A stretch of 64,000 bases of DNA from Candidatus Methanomethylicus oleisabuli (lineage in GTDB: Archaea > Thermoproteota > Methanomethylicia > Methanomethylicales > Methanomethylicaceae), in the NCBI GenBank assembly GCA_001717025.1, contig MAGU01000068.1:307-64306 (forward strand), in the 5' to 3' direction. This document shows positions 20,749-31,099 of the stretch, one piece after another (position 1 is the first letter of the stretch; every line of letters begins with the position of its first letter). A program made the position numbers and the translations under genes. Below the pieces are notes generated by a model. The model was not told where the DNA came from. It saw only the letters and a list, made by a program, of their open reading frames with translations, and ran no database searches.

Positions 20749-21218
20749 GTCATATCCTCCAGCACTACCCTGTCTATCTCCGCATCTATGATATACTTAA
20801 ATCCGAACTCCTCTGCCCATTCTGGTCGGCGCATGACTCCTTGGAAGAAGAATGCGACCACGAACTCGAGGTCACTTACCTTCAGCAACGCACCCCTCAA
20901 TATTTTTGGGTTTACAGCGGTCTTTGCCATTGCCAGCCCTCCTAGAAGGACGACGATTTCAAACTTTTCTGCAGCGATTGCGCCTCCAAGCTGGTAGCCA
21001 AAGCCCTCTAACATTGATATCTTCCTTATTTTACTCGTGTCTCCTCCAGCCATGAAGTATGGTTCCAAAGGAAGGTCCTTTATTGAATTGCACAAGAACT
21101 CTGCAAATGGCAGGCAGGTTGCGGGTGAGCCAACGAAGAGCAGCTTGGCAGGCTTGCCATAGTTTATCATTGCGCCTTTGAAGCACCTGCTCAACCCAAC
21201 GAGACCCTTCTCTAACAT
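20745..21218 (-). CDS. Conserved archaeal protein of unknown function
   Basis: The ORF runs to 21374 but the N-terminal start is uncertain. Candidates are 21374, 21263 and 21218; the ORF-track start at 21374 would overlap the divergent regulator ORF by 12 nt, so 21218 is reported. 4-nt overlap with the gamma-CA gene. Confidence 0.45.
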   Translation of the reverse strand: MLEKGLVGLSRCFKGAMINYGKPAKLLFVGSPATCLPFAEFLCNSIKDLPLEPYFMAGGDTSKIRKISMLEGFGYQLGGAIAAEKFEIVVLLGGLAMAKTAVNPKILRGALLKVSDLEFVVAFFFQGVMRRPEWAEEFGFKYIIDAEIDRVVLEDMT

Positions 21219-21374
21219 CTTCTCCACTGTTGGTCTTCTCCATACACGACTCCCTCCTGGCATTAATGAAACTTGTGCATTTCCCGTCGCCTCCGCACCA
21301 CTTAGTTTATGCCGTTCATGAAGTGACCGAAAAGGTGAAAATACCACGGCTCCATAGGTAAGATGAAAGTTCAA

Positions 21375-22004
21375 ATGACGCCATTAAAGCAATTCTTGGA
21401 GTATATAAATAAAAGCTCACAGCCAAGGGGGCCTATCCCTGCGTTTACCCCTGTGCACATCGTTACTGCAATTCTGATAATCGCCTCTGAGGGATCTATC
21501 GGGCGGATTGCCCTCTCTAAGCGTTTGAAGATTGGTGAGGGGTCTGTCAGGACGATAATCAAGAAACTGCTCGAAAAGGACGTGATAGCAGTAGACTCGA
21601 TTGGAGGCTGCAATCTGACAGTTACAGGCGCAGGCATTGCAACCGAGCTGAAACGATTGTTGGTGAAACGCGTCCCGTTTGATCTTACCGAGATGGGCAT
21701 CACTCTGCCTTCATACGCAATTCATGTCAGATCGGACGTGGCTAAAATGCCCCTGACCAAACTTAGGGATATGGCAGTTAAGAACGGCACTGACGGTCTT
21801 GTCGTCTTTTCTTACCGCAGTGGTCGGCTTACCCTGCCCCTGTTGACCGACGACGTCTATAAAGTATACCCAAAACTAGCAGCTTCTTTTGACGAGTCGT
21901 TCAGACTGATAGAGGGGGATTCTGTCATTGTTGGCTTCTCAAGCGAAGCAATTCGTGCCGAAGAGGGCACACTTGCGGCAGCCTTGGCCGTGATTGATGC
22001 CTAA
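21375..22004 (+). CDS. Putative transcriptional regulator with an N-terminal winged-HTH domain
   Basis: HTH-like N-terminus (SIGRIALSKRLKIGEGSVRTIIKKLLEKDVI) plus a C-terminal domain of unknown function. The start could be 21363. Confidence 0.45.
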   Translation: MTPLKQFLEYINKSSQPRGPIPAFTPVHIVTAILIIASEGSIGRIALSKRLKIGEGSVRTIIKKLLEKDVIAVDSIGGCNLTVTGAGIATELKRLLVKRVPFDLTEMGITLPSYAIHVRSDVAKMPLTKLRDMAVKNGTDGLVVFSYRSGRLTLPLLTDDVYKVYPKLAASFDESFRLIEGDSVIVGFSSEAIRAEEGTLAAALAVIDA

Positions 22005-22062
22005 TTGTATGCATAAATCATATATTTACGGCACCATAATTGGAGTAGGGCGCATTTAATCT

Positions 22063-23034
22063 ATGAAAAAATCCCTTGTCGTGTTCGGAATTTTCCTTAT
22101 TGTAATCGTGGGCGTAGCAGGTCTTTACGTGTCTGGCTTCTTCAATAAATCGTCAGCGATCGAGATCAGGATGGGGTGCTTGGATAATGACTTGCACCAG
22201 CTAGCTCTGCACGTCGCTATAGCCAATGATTACTTTGAGCAGAATGGGATCAATATCAAACTTTTAAGCTACGACAGCGGTCCACGCCTTATGCAGAGCT
22301 TCGTGGCTGGAGACTTGGATTTTGCTTACGTGGGCGCACCTCCAGCAATCAATGGTCGTGCGGCAGCTCTTTCTGGCACGAATTCGAACGTCCCAGTGAT
22401 TGTCGCCTCGGTCAACCTGGAGGGCTCGTCTCTGGTGACCCGTAGCGGGATCTCTTCGATTAGCGACCTTAACAACACCATAATAGGAACGCCGGGCACC
22501 GGGACCATTCAAGACATACTTTTATCCAATTTCATACGGAACAACAGCCTGACCGTCACAAAAAGTCCAGCCTCCATCTCGACCCTCCCCATACTCCTCA
22601 GTAATGGTGAGATAGATGGGTTCATCGCATGGGAACCCGTGCCATCTGTTGCAGTCAACCGGTCCGCTGCGCAAGTTCTTTTGACCTCACACGACCTTAT
22701 GCCAAACCATCAATGCTGCGTTCTAGTCGCCTCAAGCAAAATCATAGCCGCCGATCCTGATACCGTTACTAAGATCGTTCAGATACACAAGAATGCCACT
22801 GACTACATCAATTCGAATGCCGCCTCAGCCAAGGTCATTGCAGCTGACTATACTGCGCTCTCGCAGCCCGTTATCGATATAGCCTTTAGCCACGTGGAAT
22901 ACAACTACACACTCAATGTTGACAGCATAAAAACATTCCTTTTACAGATGATACAGCTAGGAACTGTCACCTCAATCAACGCATCCCAAGTAGACTCCTT
23001 CATAGACGCTTTTATTGACACGAGCTACGGCTAG
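22063..23034 (+). CDS. ABC transporter substrate-binding protein, NitT/TauT (SsuA/NMT1-like) family, membrane-anchored
   Basis: N-terminal TM/signal anchor and periplasmic binding fold similar to sulfonate/nitrate/bicarbonate SBPs. Confidence 0.65.
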   Translation: MKKSLVVFGIFLIVIVGVAGLYVSGFFNKSSAIEIRMGCLDNDLHQLALHVAIANDYFEQNGINIKLLSYDSGPRLMQSFVAGDLDFAYVGAPPAINGRAAALSGTNSNVPVIVASVNLEGSSLVTRSGISSISDLNNTIIGTPGTGTIQDILLSNFIRNNSLTVTKSPASISTLPILLSNGEIDGFIAWEPVPSVAVNRSAAQVLLTSHDLMPNHQCCVLVASSKIIAADPDTVTKIVQIHKNATDYINSNAASAKVIAADYTALSQPVIDIAFSHVEYNYTLNVDSIKTFLLQMIQLGTVTSINASQVDSFIDAFIDTSYG

Positions 23035-23054
23035 GACTATTGTGAAGTGATCAA

Positions 23055-23837
23055 ATGCCCAAGCTGGACCGGTTCCGGAGCACGCTTATAGGCGTCGCGT
23101 CTTTGGCGACATTCGTCATCATCTGGCAAGTGGTGACAATGGTAGCGAACTCGCCGTTTCTGCCAACACCCGTTCAGGTATTTGAGGCATTCATAAAGAT
23201 CAGCACAATTGGGGATATTGATGGCTATACCCTGTGGTGGCACATTGGATTTAGCCTTTACCGTGTTCTGCTAGGCTTTGCCGTCGCAATCGTAACCGCT
23301 GTCCCTCTCGGGATCTTGATGGGGGTCAAGCCCGTGGTGAAGAGCGTCGCATCACCAGTAACCGAGATCGTCCGTTTCATACCTCCTATCGCATGGATCC
23401 CCCTATCGATCATCTTGTTCAGTGGCATCAACAGATACATCTTCCTTCTTTGGATTGGCATCTTCTTCCCCATCCTCCTCGACACAATAGCAGGCGTCAA
23501 ACGCACATCCGAAACACAGGTCAATATGGCAAAAACCTTCGGCGCCGACAACAAAGCAATCATAAAGAAGATCATCTTTCCTAGCGCACTACCCGAGATT
23601 ATGAACGGTCTAAGGGTTGGCCTAGGTGTTGGGTGGATGTGCATTGTGGCAGCAGAGATGATGGGAGGGGAGCCAGTCGGGCTAGGGCGCCTAATCCTGA
23701 AATATGCAAACCTCCTCCAGATCGACGTTGTAGTTCTTGGGATGGTTGTAATAGGTTTGGTAGGGCTCGCTATGAATTACCTGATACTATCCGTCGAGCG
23801 CAGGCTCTTCAAATGGCGCGTGGAGATTAAAGCGTAG
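23055..23837 (+). CDS. ABC transporter permease (NitT/TauT family)
   Basis: 6-TM permease with EAA-like loop. Confidence 0.8.
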   Translation: MPKLDRFRSTLIGVASLATFVIIWQVVTMVANSPFLPTPVQVFEAFIKISTIGDIDGYTLWWHIGFSLYRVLLGFAVAIVTAVPLGILMGVKPVVKSVASPVTEIVRFIPPIAWIPLSIILFSGINRYIFLLWIGIFFPILLDTIAGVKRTSETQVNMAKTFGADNKAIIKKIIFPSALPEIMNGLRVGLGVGWMCIVAAEMMGGEPVGLGRLILKYANLLQIDVVVLGMVVIGLVGLAMNYLILSVERRLFKWRVEIKA

Positions 23838-24601
23838 TGACCATTATGCCACCCTTGATAATTGCAAAAGGATTAAGTAAAAGCTTCTTCGCTGGTAAAG
23901 AGACGATAAGCGTTATTGACAATCTCGATCTCTCAATCGATGAGGGGCGATTCGCATGCATAGTCGGTCCATCTGGTTGCGGAAAGACGACCCTTCTAAA
24001 GATCCTTTGTGGGCTCGAAAAACCGACGGCTGGTAGCATGCTTATTCACGGTCAACCCCCAGACCCAAAGAAGCAGCGATTTGGGGTGATCTTCCAGGAG
24101 GACTCTTTGCTTCCTTGGCTCAACTTACTGAATAATGTAAAACTGGGGCTTGAGCTCTGCCATATCGACAATGCAGAGGAGATCGCGATCAAATACATAG
24201 ACCTTGTAGGTTTGGAAGGTTTTGAGAAGTACTTCCCCCATCAGATCTCTGGCGGGATGAAGAAACGTGTCGCTATCGCTAGGGCTCTGGCTGTAGACCC
24301 TGAGATAATACTCATGGACGAGCCATTTGCCGATTTAGACGCGCAGACTCGATCTATGATGCAGAAGGAGCTCCTCTCGATTTGGTCTAAACTTAACAAA
24401 ACCATCGCATTCATAACGCACAACGTAGATGAGGCCGTCTTCATCGGTCAGTCCGTATATGTACTGACTAAGCGCCCCACAAAGGTGAAGGCTACCGTAT
24501 CTATCGATATCGACCATCCGCGTTCTAGGCTAAGCCCACCATTCATATCATACCGGGAGAAGATCCTCGGCATGCTTCAGGAGGAGATAACTAGTCTGTG
24601 A
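23837..24601 (+). CDS. ABC transporter ATP-binding protein (NitT/TauT family)
   Basis: Walker [10 protein letters not shown], signature [12 protein letters not shown], Walker B ILMDEP. Confidence 0.85.
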   Translation: MTIMPPLIIAKGLSKSFFAGKETISVIDNLDLSIDEGRFACIVGPSGCGKTTLLKILCGLEKPTAGSMLIHGQPPDPKKQRFGVIFQEDSLLPWLNLLNNVKLGLELCHIDNAEEIAIKYIDLVGLEGFEKYFPHQISGGMKKRVAIARALAVDPEIILMDEPFADLDAQTRSMMQKELLSIWSKLNKTIAFITHNVDEAVFIGQSVYVLTKRPTKVKATVSIDIDHPRSRLSPPFISYREKILGMLQEEITSL

Positions 24602-24611
24602 GCTGACCCAA

Positions 24612-25157
24612 ATGCAAGAAGAACATGATGTGTGTGCCGACCTCATAGCCTCAGCCTTAACATCTAACCAGGCATTCATAGGCTCTTTAAAGAGCATAAT
24701 GCGACAGAGGGGCTTGTCTATGAAAGACCTGAGTGATGGCTCAGGAATCCCCTTGAGCACCTTGAACAAGGCTATCTCTGAGGAGCGGGACCTTCGCCTC
24801 TCAACTCTGCGCCAGATCATTAATTACTTCAGGCCAAAATCAAATGTCCGCGAGAGCGATATTGTTGTGGGGCTGATCGCAGCAAGGTCATCGCTGGACA
24901 AGTTCTCCAAGCGAAACATCGAGTTCAACGGTAGGAGGGTGTCCGTCAAAGAGTATCCTGCGCCCGACATCGAAGGCGCAATAATAAGCGCTATCAGGGC
25001 CGAACGCGAAGTTGACGGCATCGTGTGCGCCTCAATTGTGGCTAGCATAATTGAGAAGTTCGTCACCTTGCCCATAATGGCCATCAATATTGATGAATCA
25101 AACATAATGGCTTCAATTTCTACATTAATCGAAAAAATTACGTCAAAATGCAAATGA
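24612..25157 (+). CDS. XRE-like HTH DNA-binding protein with a C-terminal uncharacterised domain (candidate mcr-proximal regulator)
   Basis: HTH segment GLSMKDLSDGSGIPLSTLNKAISEERDLRLSTLRQIINYF. Lies immediately upstream of mcrB on the same strand. Confidence 0.5.
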   Translation: MQEEHDVCADLIASALTSNQAFIGSLKSIMRQRGLSMKDLSDGSGIPLSTLNKAISEERDLRLSTLRQIINYFRPKSNVRESDIVVGLIAARSSLDKFSKRNIEFNGRRVSVKEYPAPDIEGAIISAIRAEREVDGIVCASIVASIIEKFVTLPIMAINIDESNIMASISTLIEKITSKCK

Positions 25158-25204
25158 CCCTTCATTTTATTAATCAGATTGCCATTCTTTTTACCGCTCA
25201 GTCA

Positions 25205-25224
25205 ATTGTTTCATATGAAACAAT
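25205..25224. promoter_or_regulatory. 20-bp perfect palindrome ATTGTTTCATATGAAACAAT in the mcrB upstream region (candidate operator)
   Basis: Perfect dyad symmetry, about 110 nt upstream of the mcrB ATG and just upstream of TATA-like boxes. Confidence 0.4.
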
Positions 25225-25234
25225 AACTACGTCC

Positions 25235-25295
25235 CACTCCTTTATTTTTTAATGCACCTTCTTGTATTTGTAAGCAATGTTTTAATATTTCCGCT
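25235..25295 (+). promoter_or_regulatory. Putative mcr promoter region (TATA-like TTTATTTTTTAA and TTTTAATATTT)
   Basis: AT-rich boxes 40-100 nt upstream of mcrB. The mcrB RBS GAGAGGAG sits 7 nt before the ATG. Confidence 0.35.
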
Positions 25296-25335
25296 AGGTT
25301 ATTTAGACCGCAACAAAACTCTAGAGAGGAGTCCT

Positions 25336-26670
25336 ATGGCGAAATATTCAGATAAAGTAGATCTATACGACGATCGAGGACGTGTTTTCGCCTCTAAGGT
25401 TCCTTTAGAGGCTTTGAGTCCATTGCAAAACCCAGCAATACAAAAAATTGTCTCTTTCGTGAAACAGTGCGTCTCCGTCAATCTAGAGGGCGTTGAGAAG
25501 TCTCTTGCGACTGGAGCAGTCGGTGGCAAGTCATGCATTATTAACGGAAGGTCTCTTAAATTGGACCTTGTTAAGAATGCAGGAAGCATTGCCGATACGA
25601 TTAAAAAGACTCTCCAGGTCTCGGCCGACGATGATACCGATGTAAAGGTCCTCAAGGGTGGGAAGCACCTTCTAGTGAGAGTCCCAGCCAAGAGGATGAA
25701 TGCCGGTGTCGAATATACCACAGGAGCAACCTCAACCGCAGCGGCCCTCTGTTGTGCTATTGTCGACAACTTCAATGTTGGCATCTGGGATGCGGACTTA
25801 GTTCATGCCTCTGTTTGGGGTAGATACCCTCAGACAATGGAAATGCTAGGCGGAAACGTGTCTTCGTTACTATCCGTTCCACAGCAGAATGAAGGTATGG
25901 GATACGCTCTTAGGAACGTTCCTTGCGCACACATTGCCTTGATTACAAGGAAGAATGCCATGAACGCTGCAGCCCTTTCCTCAATAATGGAACAGGCTGC
26001 GATGTTTGAGATGGGCGATGCTATTGGCGACTTCGAGAGGCTCCATATTCTGGGCCTTGCCTACCAGGGGTTGAACGCAAACAACTTGGTATATGATATC
26101 GTCAAAGCGAATTCAAAGACCGGCACTCTGGGCGATGTAGTTATATCCACTGTGAAGAGGGCAATTGACGATGGCGTAATCAAGCCACTTGCAAAGGCGC
26201 CATCTGGCTACATAAACTACACGACTGACGACCTCAACAAATGGAACGCATATGCCTCAGCGGGTCTTCTTGCCGGAACAATGGTGACTTGTGGTGCAGC
26301 AAGATCAATGCAGCATACACCATCTGTATTCATCTACTTCAACGACCTAATCGAAAGGGAGACGAGCCTGCCAGGTGTGGACTTTGGCAGAGTTGAAGGT
26401 ACAGGTGTTGAGATGGCCTTCTTCAGCCATTCTATATATGGCGGAGGCAACCCTGCCGTATTTGCCGGCAACCATATCGTGACAAGGCACAGCAAGGGCT
26501 TCACGATACCGTGCGTCGCGGCAGCAGTAGCTCTTGACGCTGGAACAACCATCTACACACCAGAGAAGATCTCTGGCACGATTGGTGAGGTGCTGAGTGA
26601 AGTAGCCGAGCTAAGGGAGCCTCTGAAGTATGTCAATGAGGCCGCAGTAGCAATCAAGGGAGGAGTCTAA
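25336..26670 (+). CDS. mcrB: Methyl-coenzyme M reductase beta subunit
   Basis: Full-length McrB-like sequence of about 445 aa from [15 protein letters not shown] with a strong SD. The longer track ORF from 25252 is unlikely. Confidence 0.93.
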   Translation: MAKYSDKVDLYDDRGRVFASKVPLEALSPLQNPAIQKIVSFVKQCVSVNLEGVEKSLATGAVGGKSCIINGRSLKLDLVKNAGSIADTIKKTLQVSADDDTDVKVLKGGKHLLVRVPAKRMNAGVEYTTGATSTAAALCCAIVDNFNVGIWDADLVHASVWGRYPQTMEMLGGNVSSLLSVPQQNEGMGYALRNVPCAHIALITRKNAMNAAALSSIMEQAAMFEMGDAIGDFERLHILGLAYQGLNANNLVYDIVKANSKTGTLGDVVISTVKRAIDDGVIKPLAKAPSGYINYTTDDLNKWNAYASAGLLAGTMVTCGAARSMQHTPSVFIYFNDLIERETSLPGVDFGRVEGTGVEMAFFSHSIYGGGNPAVFAGNHIVTRHSKGFTIPCVAAAVALDAGTTIYTPEKISGTIGEVLSEVAELREPLKYVNEAAVAIKGGV

Positions 26671-26671
26671 A

Positions 26672-27448
26672 ATGGCAACTTACAAACCACAATTATATCC
26701 TGGAAACTCAAAGGTTGCCGCTAACCGAAAGAAGTACATGGATCCATCCTATAAGCTCGAGAAGCTAAGGACCGTCAGCGATGACGATATTGTGAGACTC
26801 ATGGGCCATAGAGTCCCAGGAGAGGCTTACAAGAGCGTCCACCCGCCTCTTGAGGAGATGGGTGAGCCGTCTTGCCCTATCCGAGAGCTTGTAGAAGCGA
26901 CACCCGGCGCTAAGGCTGGTGACAGGATAAGGTACATACAAATGACCGACTCCGTCTACTTCACGCCGTTGACCCCATACATGAGGGCATGGTCAGGGCA
27001 TACAAGGTACCGTGGCGTAGACATCGGCGTACTCTCAGGAAGAGTTCCACTTGAAGCGAGGGAAAGGGATCTTGAGAAGGTTGCCAAGGAGCTTGTAGAA
27101 ACTGAAATCTTCGATCCTGCAAGGTGTGGGATTAGGGGCGCGACCGTCCACGGCCACTCTCTGAGGCTCGACGAGAACGGTCTGATGTTCGATGCACTCC
27201 GCAGGTTCCAGTTTGACAAGAAGACTGGCGAAGTAGTCTATGTCAAGGACCAGATCGGCGTTCCTCTGGACAAGCCAATCTCAGTTGGTAAGCCAATAAA
27301 GGAAGAAGAGCTCAGAAAGAGGACAAGCGAGTATAGAGTCGAAGATGTAGCCTTCAGGACCGACAAGGAAGTCATTAACTTCATCGAGCGGCTCCATATG
27401 CTCAGGACGGAGGCAGGCTTTGATCCGAACAGGGTCAAGGGTATCTAA
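26672..27448 (+). CDS. mcrG: Methyl-coenzyme M reductase gamma subunit
   Basis: 258-aa McrG-like sequence. SD GGGAGGAG is embedded in the mcrB 3' end. Confidence 0.93.
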   Translation: MATYKPQLYPGNSKVAANRKKYMDPSYKLEKLRTVSDDDIVRLMGHRVPGEAYKSVHPPLEEMGEPSCPIRELVEATPGAKAGDRIRYIQMTDSVYFTPLTPYMRAWSGHTRYRGVDIGVLSGRVPLEARERDLEKVAKELVETEIFDPARCGIRGATVHGHSLRLDENGLMFDALRRFQFDKKTGEVVYVKDQIGVPLDKPISVGKPIKEEELRKRTSEYRVEDVAFRTDKEVINFIERLHMLRTEAGFDPNRVKGI

Positions 27449-27462
27449 GGAGGTAGCATGAA

Positions 27463-29133
27463 ATGAGCTCAGAGAATAAAATGTTCATAGAAGCGCTTCG
27501 CAAGAAATTCAAAGAAGCGCCAGAGGACAAGAACACGAAATACTACATCTACGATGGCTGGAAGCAGTCGAAGAGGAAGAGAGAGTTTGTAGAAGCTGCC
27601 AAGAAGGTTGCAAAGGAGAGGTCGATCCCATTCTACAACCCTGATATGCACCTCGGTGGAATACCGATGGGGCAGAGGGTACTGATGCCCTACAGAATTT
27701 CCAACACCGACGTATACGTGGAGGGCGATGACCTGCACTTTGTCAACAACGCTGCTATGCAGCAGATGTGGCACGACATCAGGAGGACCGTAATCGTCGG
27801 TCTAGACTCTGCCCACACCGTGTTGCAGAAGCGTCTTGGCAAGGAAGTGACTCCGGAGACAGTCAATCACTACCTAGAAGTGCTGAACCACGCACTCCCG
27901 GGCGCCGCAGTCATCCAAGAGCATATGGTTGAAACCAACCCAGGTCTAGTGTCTGATAGCTACGTCAAGGTCTTCACCGGCGACGACGAACTGGCCGATG
28001 AGATTGACCCGCGCATGCTGATCAACATCAACAAGGAATTCCCTGCAGACCAAGCGGCATCCCTCAAGAAGGCTATCGGCAATAAGATCTACCAAGTGCT
28101 GCACATGCCAACAATTGTCTCAATGACCTGCGATGGTGGGACCATGTCAAGGTGGGCCGCTATGCAGATCTCCATGTCCATGGTGAACACCTACAAGCTG
28201 ATGGCAGGTGAAGCCGCTATCGGCGAGTTCGCGTTCGCGGCAAAGCACGCTGAAGTCATCGAGATGGGAACACTCATGCCATGGCGGCGCGCTAGGGGTC
28301 CAAACGAGCCTGGCGGCATACCTCTTGGATACATGGCGGATATATGCCAAGGATCGAGGGTAAAGCCAGAAGACCCTGTTTGGGTTGCGCTTGAGTCAAT
28401 CTCAATGGCAGCGTTGCTGTATGACCAGATCTACTTCGGCAGCTATATGTCAGGCGGCGTAGGATTCACGCAGTATGCAACATGCACATACACCGACAAC
28501 GTCCTAGACGACTTCTGCTACTACGGCGCAGACTACGTCAAGAAGAAATACGGCGGCTTTGCAAAGACCAAGCCAAGCTGGGACCTGATCAAGGACGTGG
28601 GAACTGAAGTAACGCTGTACGGCCTTGAGCAATATGAGAAGTACCCGGCGCTCATGGAGACCCACTTCGGCGGCTCACAGAGGGCAGCGGTGGTGTCTGC
28701 GGGCGCAGGTGTTGCGGTGTCTCTGGCTACAGGGCACTCGACCGCTGGCATCAACGCTTGGTATCTGAGCCAACTGCTCCACAAGGAGGCGATGGGAAGG
28801 CTTGGATTCTATGGCTATGACCAGCAGGACCAGTGCGGTTCAGTCAACAGCTTCTCATACAGGAGCGATGAGGGTCTGCCGTTCAACCTGAGGGGCGTCA
28901 ACTACCCCAACTATGCGCTCAACGTAGGTCACCAGTCTGCATACTGTGGCATCGTTTCTGCTGCGCATGGCGGAAGGAATGACGCTTGGACGACCAGCCC
29001 GCTCATCAAGGTGGCATTTGCCGACAAGGACCTGAAGTTCGACTTCACACACCCGAGGCTATGCTTCGCAAAAGGTGCGCTGAGGGAGTTCGTCCCAGCC
29101 GGCGAGAGGGACTTGATAATCCCGTCGCACTAA
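27463..29133 (+). CDS. mcrA: Methyl-coenzyme M reductase alpha subunit
   Basis: Canonical McrA motifs: AKHAEV (methyl-His site), [13 protein letters not shown] (methyl-Arg site), GFTQYA (methyl-Gln site), [12 protein letters not shown] (thio-Gly, didehydro-Asp and methyl-Cys positions at nt 28813-28836), and YxxxxGGSQR. Confidence 0.95.
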   Translation: MSSENKMFIEALRKKFKEAPEDKNTKYYIYDGWKQSKRKREFVEAAKKVAKERSIPFYNPDMHLGGIPMGQRVLMPYRISNTDVYVEGDDLHFVNNAAMQQMWHDIRRTVIVGLDSAHTVLQKRLGKEVTPETVNHYLEVLNHALPGAAVIQEHMVETNPGLVSDSYVKVFTGDDELADEIDPRMLININKEFPADQAASLKKAIGNKIYQVLHMPTIVSMTCDGGTMSRWAAMQISMSMVNTYKLMAGEAAIGEFAFAAKHAEVIEMGTLMPWRRARGPNEPGGIPLGYMADICQGSRVKPEDPVWVALESISMAALLYDQIYFGSYMSGGVGFTQYATCTYTDNVLDDFCYYGADYVKKKYGGFAKTKPSWDLIKDVGTEVTLYGLEQYEKYPALMETHFGGSQRAAVVSAGAGVAVSLATGHSTAGINAWYLSQLLHKEAMGRLGFYGYDQQDQCGSVNSFSYRSDEGLPFNLRGVNYPNYALNVGHQSAYCGIVSAAHGGRNDAWTTSPLIKVAFADKDLKFDFTHPRLCFAKGALREFVPAGERDLIIPSH

Positions 29134-29137
29134 ACAC

Positions 29138-29162
29138 ACCTTTTTCTTTTTTTATTCATCTC
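29138..29162 (+). terminator. Oligo-T archaeal terminator after mcrA
   Basis: CCTTTTTCTTTTTTTATT immediately after the mcrA stop. Confidence 0.5.
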
Positions 29163-29175
29163 CAGCTGATTTCTA

Positions 29176-29789
29176 TGCCTCCAAGCAATGGTTTTGAGTC
29201 GCTATCAAGAATCTTGAACATTCTGAACGCTCTATCGTCACTTGAATCCGCCGCAGACGCAAGAGAGACTTACCCCGAGTTTCCAAATCTCGCTGAGCAC
29301 ATCGCTCAGCTCTTCCTAGAAGATCGCCTATTCGACATACTTCCAAGGCTAGAGACTCAGCGGGAGTTGGTGATGAAATGGCAACCCGCCGTTCGACCCG
29401 CTCTGGATCCCTACATATCCACCCAGATCGGCGTTCTATCAAAGAACTTCGATGACTACGAGACGGGGCACTTCTTAGATTATCCGGACTGTTGCATACG
29501 ATCCTTCAGCGAACGCATAAGATATGCGCTAGACGAATTGCATGAGAGAGAGCTGGCAGAACTTGGCAAAAGAGGCGGTTCAAAGCCTTACTTCGTCACG
29601 ACTTTCGGATTCGTCCCATGCAGCGTCTTATGCGAGGAGTCCCACAGCAGACACCTGATAGCCTTCGCCGAAGATAGTGAGGTGGATGCGATGAGGTCGC
29701 TCGAGGTCGAGATTGCACGCGCCCTTCCCCACTCTCATCCTGTATATCAGGGAAGTTACTACGAGATTAGGTCGACCCTATTGAGTTGA
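29176..29789 (+). CDS. Cys-containing hypothetical protein directly downstream of mcrA
   Basis: About 204 aa from MPPSNGFESL. Cys motifs DYPDCCIRSF and VPCSVLCEESH. The track ORF from 28986 overlaps mcrA in another frame. Confidence 0.45.
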
Positions 29790-30540
29790 CTATGTCCTCC
29801 ACATCATTAAGGGAAGTTACGACATGGTCCAAGTCTCCGCATCCGATGAACCTATCGTCTGGAATCGCTCCCTGTCGTCTCACGATTACGGAGATGTCCG
29901 CCTCCCTCAGGGCCGTAAGGTCGTTTATATCGTTCCCAACCATGACTACTATGCCGTAATATCCTCTGAGCTTCTTCACAAGGTCTCTCTTGTCCTCAGG
30001 CGAGGCATCGAAGAGGACAAATTCCTTTGGTATACCTAATATGTCTGCGCATCTCATCGTCATGTCCATGCAATTTCCTGTCGCAAGAAAGACGTCTGAT
30101 CCGCCACGTTGCATTCTGCCGACCGCGTCCCTTACCTCTCCATAAAGCCTCCCGCCCAAGCCGACTATGCCTGTTACCTCTCCTCCTTTGTTCACTATGA
30201 CTGCCATGCATATGCCGAGCTCTGAATTGCAGTGAGACTTGGCCAACTCCGATACTAGCCTAATACCGTCGGCTACATCCTTCTCCAGCAGTACGCAGCG
30301 CCTGATCTCAGGGATAGGCACGAATGAGGCGCAACTTGCCTTGAAGCTCACTCCTTTCAGGTCACCCTTAATTAGCGAGTCTACGGCGCCGCGTATATTG
30401 ACGAGTGCCTCTCCCCTTCTTACAACATAACTGAGCGTATTCTCGTGAAAAATACACTTCTTAGAGCCGAGGTCGTAGATGACTCTGCACGGATCAAAGA
30501 TTGTCCCTGATTTGTCCAGCACCACCGCTTTTCGCATCAA
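29767..30540 (-). CDS. HAD-superfamily hydrolase resembling the soluble P-type ATPase P-domain (DKSGT / GNDIND motifs)
   Basis: Motif I LDKSGT (cf. DKTGT) and motif IV VGNDINDLTAL (cf. GDGINDAPAL). Confidence 0.55.
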   Translation of the reverse strand: MMRKAVVLDKSGTIFDPCRVIYDLGSKKCIFHENTLSYVVRRGEALVNIRGAVDSLIKGDLKGVSFKASCASFVPIPEIRRCVLLEKDVADGIRLVSELAKSHCNSELGICMAVIVNKGGEVTGIVGLGGRLYGEVRDAVGRMQRGGSDVFLATGNCMDMTMRCADILGIPKEFVLFDASPEDKRDLVKKLRGYYGIVVMVGNDINDLTALREADISVIVRRQGAIPDDRFIGCGDLDHVVTSLNDVEDIVNSIGST

Positions 30541-30567
30541 TCCGTCCCCATTATGCCTTATATGCAG

Positions 30568-30840
30568 TTATCCACCACCGCTTACCGTGCCGCTGCCGTC
30601 GGGCCTGCCCTCATCCCTTATCTCCGTAAGAGCGTTGCCATCTTCGCCGCCCGCCTCCTTTTTGGGGCCTTTCGCGCTCCCCTCCCTCTCTACTTTCGGC
30701 TCCAAAGAGCCGATCTCATAGAGAAGCCCTGTCGTGTCCAGCTCGGCCCAGATCTTGCCATCTAGCTCATGGAGCCTGATAACCTTGCCTTCGGTCCCTG
30801 TCTTGGTATAGATCACTCTTTGACCCTCTGTGACCTTCAA
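30568..30840 (-). CDS. Small hypothetical protein (90 aa, Gly/acidic C-terminal tail)
   Basis: Lies 27 nt upstream of the HAD gene on the same strand. No recognisable domain. Confidence 0.35.
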   Translation of the reverse strand: MKVTEGQRVIYTKTGTEGKVIRLHELDGKIWAELDTTGLLYEIGSLEPKVEREGSAKGPKKEAGGEDGNALTEIRDEGRPDGSGTVSGGG

Positions 30841-31099
30841 GAAGATCCCTCATTTCTCGTTATTCTCCGCATCCTATATTTTTTTCCGAAGCTCATCCCT
30901 TCCAAAGAACTGATGCCATACAACGATGTACGCACGGCGGATCGGTAGGCGCATCATGCAGCAATTTATCTACGTTGCCTCAAAACCTATGGGATGGGTA
31001 TGGAAATGCGTCTTGATAAGCGACAACTTCCATATTAAAAGGGTCGCATATCATAACGCTTATTATTCTGACATTCATTTTCTTTTTTTATCGTGAGGG

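Noticed and set aside
21031-21243. 70-aa minus-strand ORF preceded by a strong GGAGGGAG SD
   Set aside because: It lies in an alternative frame of the 209-aa conserved ORF's N-terminal region. Its R/W-rich composition is typical of off-frame translation. It is more likely an incidental SD-like sequence inside a CDS or UTR.
25252-25335. Extended N-terminus of mcrB (MHLLVFVSNVLIFPLGYLDRNKTLERSP)
   Set aside because: This region contains the promoter/leader and the GAGAGGAG SD. Canonical McrB begins MAKYSDK at 25336.
28986-29175. N-terminal 63 codons of the track ORF 28986..29789 overlapping mcrA
   Set aside because: They overlap the mcrA coding sequence in another frame. An internal Met at 29176 follows the mcrA terminator and gives a sensible stand-alone gene.
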